From contig NC_042999.1 in the NCBI RefSeq assembly GCF_006345805.1, forward strand, positions 119,908,001 through 119,972,000: a stretch of DNA of 64,000 nucleotides, in the 5' to 3' direction. The notes below the pieces were generated by a model. The model saw only the letters and a program-made list of their open reading frames with translations, was not told the DNA's origin and did no database searches. The stretch is from Octopus sinensis. Taxonomy: Eukaryota. Positions 53,011 to 64,000 of the stretch are shown one piece after another (position 1 is the first letter of the stretch; every line of letters begins with the position of its first letter). The position numbers and the translations under genes were made by a program.

Positions 53011-53619
53011 TCATTGATAACATACGTACCAGTATATTACTGGTACGATGTGATCAGCACTTCTCACTTCGCCATAAAATGCTCCTGGCCTTCTTTCAAA
53101 ATTTGAAATCATTTTTTAACCTATTTATTTTTGAACTTCTTTTTCTTGGAGTATCTTTTTATGTAAAAACACCCAACAACTGGAAACACTTCACGTTCAG
53201 CTTAAGCTTTAGAATATTTCATGGTTACACATCCAAATATTTATCAGCTTCTTCATTATGATGTTTTCCTATGTTCATGAGGTTCTCAAATATTTCTTCA
53301 CCCTGAGATTTAAGTATCTTGATTTATTTCTTTATATCCATCTCAATGTGCCATATCCGTAGTCTCCTCATAAATATTTTGTGTTGAAACTTCACTGGCC
53401 AGGACGTCTGCATTGCAGTTTGGATATGTTCGACACTAAAGAAGATACATTTAGATTGCTTTCATTTGTTGCGATACCTGTGTCAATGTTACCCTAGGAA
53501 ATCAGGCTAAAATTTAATCAATTCAAATTATCTTATACATGTGTCCGCTCACTGCACCTTGACTAGATCTCCGGTTGAAATATCTATATGCCGTTACTCT
53601 CTGCGAGAAAATAAATCCC

Positions 53620-53800
53620 AATCCCCTAGACGATTCTCCCGTTTTTTCGTAAACATCCGAGCCCTTTCCGATTTAGATCTCATACATCATTCTTTATTCT
53701 CACGTAAGCCACATTTCCTGTTTCTCTCTACATCTAGCCTCAAATCTAACCTTTAATAGATTATAACCATCCCTGCGCATCTATCTAGAAGTCATGCGAC
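53620..53800 (+). pseudogene. Degenerate AP-endonuclease N-terminus of a CR1/L2-group LINE
   Basis: FFVNIRALSDLDLIHHSLFSRKPHFLFLS resembles the APE start F.NIRGL.SN...V.H.L...KPHLLFLTET. Confidence 0.45.
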
Positions 53801-54255
53801 TACAGATTCGTCACAATTGTTTGACACACAGTTACATACAATGCAATATTCTCATTCATTCTGACTCAAAGCCACTTCAACTCAGGAATTCCGCCCGCCA
53901 CTTTCATGCCATTTACTGCTAAAAGTTGCTTTACTCCTGGCCTTTCAGAAGCTGCTAGACAGATGAGTGAAACACTTCACATGTCTCAGTCAACGAAATA
54001 CCCAATGGCTCAAGTCCCCCAAATTGTTGACTCTTCATTTGCATTCCTTCTCTCATAATTAATGCAATTATTTCTACTATGAAATAATCTGTGGTAGTTT
54101 TTCCTCTCTTTTATTTTGGGGAGTTCAAATCTTGTTGATGCTAAAATTGCATTTCATACCTTCTGGTCTGGTAAAATAGCCATCAGTTAAATACCTAGTC
54201 AATTACCAACCCGTTCTCCACAAAAATACTAACGTTGTGAATAATTTGGAAACAG

Positions 54256-54490
54256 TTCTATATTTAAGAGATGAGGAATTATGTGCATTATTTACATTAT
54301 TTATATTCAACGGATGTTTGTCCTCATCTTGCTTGTTGATAACAAAACGCTTCGGCTGATATACCCTCCAGCCTTCTTCAAATGTCTTTGGTAAATTTCG
54401 AACCTGGGTTCACATTTCTAAGGTAAACGTTGTGTTAAGAACAAACAAGATGAGGACAAATACCCGTTGAATGTAAATAATGTAAATAAG
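54256..54490. mobile_element. Collapsed relative of the 14.4-15.7 kb palindromic HHR element
   Basis: 54256-54424 aligns with 14432-14600, including a decayed minus-strand HHR (TTGAAGA-A-GGCTG..CAGCC-GAAG). 54427-54489 is an inverted copy of 54289-54349. Confidence 0.8.
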
Positions 54491-56775
54491 TTGGGAACAG
54501 TGCAGCATTCTACATGACATATCACCACTAGATATCTAACTCACACGGTATCTCTCTGATTTAAACCTTTTAACTTTTATCTATTTTCCCGACGCAGCAT
54601 CGAAGAAATAATTACACAGGCTAACCACTTTGATAAGTGTAACCTTGATAGGACTCAGAGGATTGTTCCTATCGAGATAAAATGGCACATTTTTGGCTAG
54701 GTTAGTCCCGAGGGACTCTATGATAGCTGTTTTGAGACATTAACTGAATTATTAATTCCTTTCGAACAGGAAACTGACCATTGACAATGAAAATATTTGC
54801 ATTAATAAGTTAACAAAGTTATCATACAGGATAAAAGTCGTTTATTACGAGGCACATGTATTTAAGTGGAATTAAATGTGGAGGTTAGAACACAATTTGT
54901 TATATGTAATTTGATGATCTAGAATACAGTTAGATTTAGATGAAAATTTTCCTTTTTCGCTATTTATTACACCCACAACCGATTTAAAAACAACGCTGAA
55001 ATACTGTGCTTAATCATGTTCTTGTTTAGTTTACCGTATAGTGACGTCGCGTAAATAAGTGTACGTACTTAGAAATAAAGCAGTTTAAGGTGGTTTATAA
55101 TTTACTGGAAACATACAATAATTTTGGTAGGAGTGAAACTGAGGCGTTTAAAACAAAGCAGTTAATCACTTGTCTTAAAAGTGCTAAATCCTTTATCACC
55201 ATAATGCAAAGCAACACATTAATACATGCAACATGATATGATGATTCTAAATCTGTTGCGAGGAGGTATTAGATCGGTGAGAGCATAAAGTTACTAATAG
55301 TTCCAGCGTATTCAGCTACTAAACGTCCTTTGTAATTATCTTTAATGATCATTTCTAATGATAGCGTGAGTTATTTAATTCAATATTGTCGGAGAGCATT
55401 TTTTACTTCCGATTGAATGAATTGGCACCAGACGGTTCAAATTTTGTAATTAGACGTTTAATATCTGGCGACATAAATGGAAAAGAAATTCCAGATTCGA
55501 GAACGAACCCCAAAATCTGATCGGGGGTCACCGAATCCTACTTTAAAAGAGAAATGCTTGTCCAGAAAGGTATACTATGAATAACGACTGCTCAGTAATC
55601 AAGCAGTACGAGTATTTGAAAATATGGACATACTTCTACTTTTAATTTTGTTACTCAGTAATTACTGACTGACATAGATAATTCATCTGTTTTCATACCT
55701 TGCATACACGTATAAACTTTAGCTGGCAACCTTACGTCATGCACAACTAATCAAATCATTCGAAACAATTCGTATCAACGAACCGTTGTAGAGAAGTTGC
55801 ATGATCAGTCATCTCAATGATGCACTTTTGAATGTAAATAGGCAAGTATCACAGAGAGTAGAAACGCTAACTACTTGAAAATCTGCATATCATGAAGCAT
55901 AAACTTTTTTCCTGAAAGATGAAACTGTATTTATGGTGTAAGTAAAATTCCTGCAGAAATAACAGTTTTAACTTTGACGAGTCGCAGCTTCAAGTGAGAA
56001 GCCTAGTGAAAAGAGGTCTGATTTTCTTCAGAATTCTAAATTTATTTTCTAGCAACTTCACTATCTAATCAGAGATCTGCGAATATTTTGTGCCTATTTC
56101 GAAAGCATGAATCTGATCTGTATCGAATTTAATGTTTTATTTTCCCATATTCTGGTTCCACAGCAGTCTAGAACATTTCATTTTGCATTAATCGTGAATA
56201 TATTCCCCCTCTGTATATATCAGCTCTAATGCTTTCACGGTTAATGATTATAAGGAATTTATTTAGACTTTTGGTATTCTTCTATGTGCCGTGCTGAATG
56301 ATGGAGACAAGGAGTTTCTGTCATGTTGAGCAAGGAAAGGAGAAGAAAGTATTTTGAATCAGTTAAAGCATGATTGGAGGTAGTCTAATGAGATATAATT
56401 TAGAAGTTATCTGAGGAAACGCAGTTCGTTTAGAGCTACAAATGATATTAGCTTTTCATTTGAATGTCACTACATGCTGTGTAAAATCAAATAGCTATTG
56501 CACAAAGCTCCTGGAAGTTACAAAAGCTACTGGTAGTGCAGCGATATTTTCAGGTTGTCTTCCATGTTGAGAATACTGTATTAGAAATTCCTGTGTGAGA
56601 AACAAAACAAAATCAGGTTTGAATTTACTAAAAGTTCAACTAACGACAATTTACTGAGTGTAGACATAATACATTACAAGTATGTTTATAGCAGCCGTTG
56701 AAGATTGTAATTGAAGCTTCACGTGCAGATTCAGTAATTCCTATTGGCATAAGATTAAATTTATATTAATTACGC

Positions 56776-56900
<125 letters not shown>

Positions 56901-57470
56901 TCTGTCTGTCTTTTTGCCGTTCTACCTCCCATACAACTACCTAAATATCCATCCATCTCTGTCAATTTATCTGTCAATATGGTCAATTATTTAAGCCTAA
57001 CTCAACAAGTCATTTAATGTCAATTAGTTTCTATATTGTCTATGTCATTTTCTTATAACATTCATGTACATCGGTTTCATATTACTACCATAGTAATTTA
57101 ACACAGACATATACATACCAATATACATACATGCATGCAAGCATACATACATACATATATATAAACATACATGCACACGCACAAATGTACGTATATATTT
57201 GTATATATGATATTTAATTTCATCATATTCTAAGGTCTCTTATGGTCTTACAGGCTCATTAAACGGGAACTCGTTTTGTTTTTCGCTGCATATATGTAAT
57301 CAAAAGGAACAGCGCTTTCTTTTGAACAGATGCCAATCTATCGCAAGGTTAGCCTCAAGCCTTCTGGTTGGAGTAGACAGGATGAACGTGACAGGAAGAG
57401 TTTCACTCAATAACAATGTCTAGGAATATAAACTACAACCAAAATCCTAAGTACTAACCTAAGCGTTGCA

Positions 57471-57517
<47 letters not shown>

Positions 57518-57596
57518 TTTATACATATATATATATATATATTATATATATATATATGTATGTATATGTGTATATATACCTATGTGTATGTATGTT

Positions 57597-57637
<41 letters not shown>

Positions 57638-60600
57638 GTATGTATATGTGCATATTGGTTAAAAAAATATTATTTAAGCAAAATTATTTAAGTCTGCATT
57701 TAACCCCATGGGGTTATTTTGGGAAAAAGTAGTATTTTAAAAATTAAATGATATAAAATGAATCTTTAACAATACATTAGAATTCGCCTAATTCTTCATC
57801 CCTGGGAGAAAATTGAAAGTGACGAATTATGTGAAGTAATGAATCAGCCTCAGTCGAATTAGACTAATTATACTATATTAATGCTAACTAATCAATTTTA
57901 CTTATGATTTATTTGTCAGATTAATGTGGAAGAATTGTCTAAGCATATGGATAATTTGAAGCCATTTAATGACCATTATACTGCAATCAATTTTTTTTTT
58001 GTAAAGGGATTTTGAAGTGAAAAAAATCTTGTGCGATATTATTTACAACTTCATATTTTATTGTTTGAATTGATACAACTAAATAAAATGACTATTTTAA
58101 TATCATATTTCAAAAAATATGTTTTAAAAAATAATTTATTTCTAATTATTTTTGTATTATGTTTTTAAAGATTTACTTGTTTTTTAGAATCTCATAATAA
58201 ACAAAATAGATAATCTCAAATTTACCTAATATAATGTATCTTAATTTTTAAAATGTTATTCTCGGCTGCAATATTTTAAGTACAGTAGAATTTTAATTTT
58301 AAGTACTTCTTACTTTCCCTTCGATGCAACAAATTAGGAAAATTTTACTGTAGAAATCTGTAACTTTCCAAGTGCAATAGCTTAAGAATATGAACATGTA
58401 TGCGCCCACATTTCTAATTGTAATCCACTTTTTTCCAGACAATGCAATAAAATTAATTATTATTTTTCGTTAAAAGATATTTAAATTATTTTTCATTGTT
58501 GATGTTTGAATTAAAATAAGAATTTTATATTGTGTTCTTTTAATTTTCACATAATTTTTCTTAAATTCTAAAAATAAGAAAAAGTTATCTGGACAGGGTT
58601 TCGTTGCACTGGCTGATATAACATTAATTTAAAAAATGCAAAAATGGTCAGTGCATCAATCGTAAGACACGATGATCCACCTGCCCTGTTTTCTGAACAG
58701 CATTACTAGAAACTTTCTGGTCTGCCCATTGAAAGAAATAAACAATAATATTATTGTATCATCAAATTTTGAGGAATAAAATTTTTTATATGAAGTTTTA
58801 CGTGTATGCTAAAATACTATATTATGATATTGAATTAATATTAATATTGAATTATTATTGAATTAAAGTTTAAAAGCAAACAAAAGGCTTATTAAAACTT
58901 CAGAAGTTCTTACAATTCGTCGTATGTTTTGCTTTCGCTTGTTTAATAAATAAAATTCCTCGTCGTATAATGATTTTGCTTTCATTTGTGCTAGACAGCT
59001 ATCATGTAGAAAATGTGTATATAAGTATATATTCATACGTATATAATATATATCTGATAATAAATTCACGGAATTTTTTAAATTTTTTGATATTCTTTCT
59101 TTTATTAAATTGCTTTAAACGTTGGTAGCCTTATACATAGCTATTTCATCCTATTTTGGAACCTTTATCACTGAATAACTCGAGGCACAAATCAATTAGA
59201 ATAAATTCAACGAAGTTAATTAAAAAGGAAAGAAGGGTGAAGTTAGTTCAGGTTAATAATTTTCCGACCGAATGTAACATCCTTTGACAGTTACAGGTTC
59301 AAACTAGACTTTATAAAGGCGATTATGCTTTAAGGGGAGTGTCGCCAAGTGAACGGATGTGTTGTGTGGCATCTGTTTCGTAGGGTCTCCATAGAAATTG
59401 TGTGTAGGAAGGTACCGTTGATAATCTGATTACCTTTTGGTGTAATGGCGGCAGCAAATCGTGTGTGCTCATTAAAGTAAAGACCCGTGGCTTCTCAGGC
59501 TATTGGTTGAAATTAGAAAGTGAGATTCATTTATAGAATATGTGTTAGGATATCGATTGATTAAGAGATCGGATCCAATCGGAGTTGAAATGTAGAAGTG
59601 CACCGAGAAGCAGTTCATCTGTTCCATACATAGATCCCTACTGGTAATTAATCATGGGCGAATATTCTTAACACAGAACAAAATGTAAATAGAAATGCAG
59701 ATAAAATTATCTAGTTACCATATACCAAATAGTGAGATATTCATATTCATATTTATACTTAAGTGGTGGCAATACATTTCTTTAGAAAAATCAACCTGAA
59801 TGTATAGAAACATTAAGAAGGGAGGGACTAAGAACTGTCCAAAACGAACAGCGGGAACCAAGAGGTAAATATTTCAAAAACTGAAATTTAAAAAGCACCT
59901 TGGTGCGGTATAAGTGATGATCAACTTTGTCGGTCATAATTCAATGTATTAAAGCAATAAGAGAATACAAAATATTTCATAATATACACATCCAATATGT
60001 ATATATACATATATATATATGTGTGTGTGTGTGTGCATAAACGAACAAGCAACATCCGACCCCTGAAACGAGTACGACGTGGTAACATTTTCCATGATAT
60101 TACTAATTTTAACCTACTCGGCCATCCATAGTTCACCCAAAGAAACATCCACAATGCTAACGTAGGTAGAAAAATAAGTAGTGTGTGTATATATATGCAT
60201 ATTTAAACAGTGGTTGCTCTTTCGTCAGCACCACGTTCATACCCATCAGCTATCTAAGCATTGCTTAAATACTCACTAAGTCTAGAGCTGTAGCATTATT
60301 GGATAGACCAATTTACATATTAAGGATATTCCCGACAGCTGGTACGTAAATATTAATTGCCAACAGATACACAGCATTTCGTTTTCCGAAATATACTACC
60401 ACTTATAAAGGATTTACAAGTCAATATTGCGTCACACATCGTTGCTGAACACTCTTGTTCTGTACTCTACGTGCAGTAAGCCATCGACTAGCGCAACGAG
60501 TCATAGGTGTTAGAAGATATAACCACTCCGAAAGGATTGTTTAGAAAGAGTCTGTTTAGGAAGAGCTGCGAACGGAGATGTTCTTATTTTCTCCCTGACA

Positions 60601-60702
60601 AAATATAGTGAATGGGTTTCTTACGGATTCGATCATGCTTCAAGCATATGTTTGAACTGGTAGCAAGTTTGTGTGTGTACGTGAATTTATGTTTGTGTCT
60701 GT

Positions 60703-60736
<34 letters not shown>

Positions 60737-60781
60737 ATATATATATATATATAATATATATATATATATACATACATATAT

Positions 60782-60831
<50 letters not shown>

Positions 60832-61159
60832 TACATGTCAAGCATAATTATATATGTACGTTTATTTCACTGAATGTCACTGCGTGTGAGAGTAATGCGA
60901 TGATGTATCGCAAACAACATGCGGAAGAAGCCTCGAAGTCTAGTTATTTGTTAATTAATTTAAATGAAATTAAAAGAAATTAATTTAATTAACTATTGTT
61001 TGATTCTGTCATGCTATTTAATCTACCGACCTACACAACCATTACTTTATTTGCTTTTCTATAATTCTATCAGATACTTTCCTATCTATCGAAACATCGC
61101 TTATTTTACTACCGATCTCTCTCAATCATTCCTTCTAGTATTGACAGTTATCTACCTAG

Positions 61160-61400
<241 letters not shown>

Positions 61401-61962
61401 CTGTATGTGTGAGAGAGAGAGAGAGAGAGAGCTCATTTCTTGTTCTGTCTCTCTGTCGACATACCTATTGTCTAGCATGTGTAAATATTGCTGTATTCAA
61501 ATATTTTGCCATCTATTTTCTATCAGTTTGTTTCACTATCTATTGGCCAAGCTGTTTATCTACCTATCTGTCCCTCTCTGTGTAACCATCTCTCCATTTA
61601 ACTATTTATTCATTTATCTTCCGATTCTTTTATTCCTCTTTACCTGTCCGTCTCTCTATCTGCATTTCTATCAGCCACTCGAATAACTGTCTAAATATTT
61701 ATCGATCTCTGTCACTGTACCTCTCGATAAAACCGAACATTAAAGCTTGCGAAAACCACAAGGCCTCTATTATATATCATATAAATTTATGATCCTGGAA
61801 ATTTTATTTTCCATATAATACTCTCACATTTTAGTCATATTACAATTGATGCGACAGGCCACTGATTCAGCATCTGAGTAACTGCATTCTACGGCTTTTA
61901 ACTCTGTCTCTCCCTCTCTCTCTCTCTCTCTGTATCTATATATGTACACACACACACACCAC

Positions 61963-62111
<149 letters not shown>

Positions 62112-62198
62112 ATATATATATATATATATACTCTTTCATTCTTTTACACTTTTATTTGTTTCAGTAATTTTGAATGCGGCCATGCTGGAGCTCCCTTT

Positions 62199-62231
<33 letters not shown>

Positions 62232-62649
62232 CATTTTATAAAGGGCTTAGTAAAATAAATTACTTTGCCACATACTGAACTCATTAGAAATAGCAGCCAA
62301 AAAAATTTCTCTAGCCGAATTCTAATACTTAAAGAAAATTTCTCTCAGGTAGTGCTTACTCAGAATAGCCCACGAAGGTATGGGGGTAAAAACATTAAAA
62401 AATCACAAATGCAAAGGTTATTTGAGAACGTACGTTTCTAGATCAGCCAAATACAATTCGACATTTCTTTCGTCAGCCCAAAATTCCTTAATTCGGATTT
62501 GCAAACACTGAAAGTAGGAGCATACCCTTTTGGCGACTTTTCACCTCAGAAGATCCGTTCAGACTATCAGTGCCAACAAATTCAAAATATGCAAGCGAAA
62601 TATTTTGTAATATTTTGTAATATTTTGAATTCGCCTTAAATGGTCCCTT

Positions 62650-62853
62650 TACACAGAGGAGACAAACAAGGATAGACAGACGGATTAAGTCGATTACATC
62701 GACCCCAGTGCGTAACTGGTACTTAATTTATCGACCCCGAAAAGATGAAAGGCAATGTCGACCTCGGCGGAATTTGAACTCAGAACGTAATGGCAGACGA
62801 AATACGGCTACGCATTTCGCCGGCGTGCTAACGTTTCTGCCAGCTCGCCGCCT
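62650..62853 (-). mobile_element. tRNA-headed SINE, best-preserved copy in the window
   Basis: Minus-strand head GGCGGCGAGCTGGCAGAAACGTTAGC (A box) ... GAGTTCAAATTCC (B box), followed by the family body. Confidence 0.88.
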
Positions 62854-62856
62854 TGA

Positions 62857-63455
62857 AAAGATGCGTGTTTAAAGATATGTGGTGGCATGATATCAGCCTC
62901 ACCCAAAGACTATTGCAGTTTTGGCGAACTTGGTTCTTTCATGACACGTGGAACAACACGTGCATTTTAGGCAAACCACCCGATGTAAAACTTGCCTTCG
63001 CCGATCTTTATATCTGAGAAGTACCAGACCGCTCGGCTCAACAGGATACTTCAGCTTGTCCAGTAGCTACTTTCTTTCTAGCCTCCTAATTTTCTGTTAC
63101 GCCACTTCTACATGTGGTAGCAAAGTTTCTCATGCAGGCCTAGCTTCATGGTAGCTACTCCAACTCCCATCTCTCTCACTAAAGACAAGTTTCCTTTACT
63201 CACATTTTACACCGGCTTGTCCTGCAGCTTTTGGATGAATTTTGGCGTTGGACGCAGTCAGAACACCTGTTGCGTCCCCTCCTGCTATGCACGGCCTCAT
63301 AGTCTCCGTTGTAGTTGTCCATCTTACAGCCTTTAGGTGAGCAGCGGCCATGATGTCGGCATTTTGACACACGGTGCGTATGATTACTATGCAGGTAACT
63401 CTTTTCCAATATTCAGATGGTAAAAAACAAAAAACTACCCATTGTCAGTTTTATA
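62857..63455 (-). mobile_element. Second maT/mori-like Tc1/mariner relic
   Basis: Minus-strand DNYNGDYEAVHSRR, TPKFIQKLQD, VREMGVG, VWYFSD, VPRVMK and DIMPPHIF parallel the motifs of the 6969-7689 copy. Confidence 0.68.
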
Positions 63456-63469
63456 CTGCATGACATGGT

Positions 63470-63720
63470 TTGTTCAGATATACCACGAAGGATACTGGAG
63501 AGCAAACTCAACACCAGATTCTCTACGGTGACCATCGCCAGAAGATGGCATATCCATAACTAGTTCATTTATTTGATTCTCACTAGAGAGACGAGTTTCA
63601 GAGAGTGAGGCTATATCAAGGGAATATTTTCTAAGCTCACGAAGATCAGAACTTAGCTGCAACTCTTGGTGGTCCAAATCGGATATGCAATCTATGTGAG
63701 TGTCTTTCCAAAACAATGTC
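63470..63720 (-). pseudogene. RTE-clade LINE AP-endonuclease N-terminal fragment
   Basis: RELRKYSLDIASLSETRL..ENQINE...RRESGVEFAL matches the RTE/BovB-type RELARY.IDIAALSETRL...RREAGVGFAI. Confidence 0.72.
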
Positions 63721-63820
63721 TGGTTTAAAAAGTCTCATCAGACGCCACGATGAATCTAAATTTTAGATAAAAGAGGTTGTCAGACACTGCTTAAGGAGTA
63801 GACAACCATCATGTATGTAC

Positions 63821-63853
<33 letters not shown>

Positions 63854-64000
63854 TGTATGTATGTATGTATGTATGTATGTATGTATGTATGAACCATGAA
63901 AGTGGACATAAACGAATTTGTACGTAGTGAGTTACATATGACTTTTCTCTATAATACAAAAGCCCCCTTTTGGAGGTAAAACTCAAAACCGTCTACACTA

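Overview
AT-rich, microsatellite-saturated eukaryotic DNA. The SINE families and composition resemble an octopod cephalopod genome (my inference, not database-checked). I can support no host protein-coding gene; almost all ORF-track entries are microsatellite read-through or antisense to transposon relics. The window is a transposon graveyard. It holds one young 5'-truncated Penelope-like element (PLE; RT + GIY-YIG, 464 open codons, minus strand 5394-6788), a heavily decayed but multi-domain R4/Dong retrotransposon, RTE and CR1/L2-type LINE fragments, five Tc1/mariner relics, an internally deleted pogo-PHD element, several tRNA-headed SINEs, a MITE-like foldback and a solo-LTR/promoter-like block. 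The most notable signal is a set of minimal type I hammerhead ribozyme (HHR) motifs in three different core variants. (i) A U3-A8 compensatory-core HHR sits in the 3' UTR of the PLE. (ii) A10-type HHRs sit in a ~1.2 kb head-to-head palindromic element made of tRNA-derived Pol III head + (AAT)n + HHR tail, with a collapsed relative at 54.3 kb. (iii) An A6U+A10 HHR family is present in three copies. Together these suggest a PLE-mobilised community of non-autonomous ribozyme retroelements that may also seed microsatellites. All ribozyme folds and protein motifs were read by eye; none was computed.
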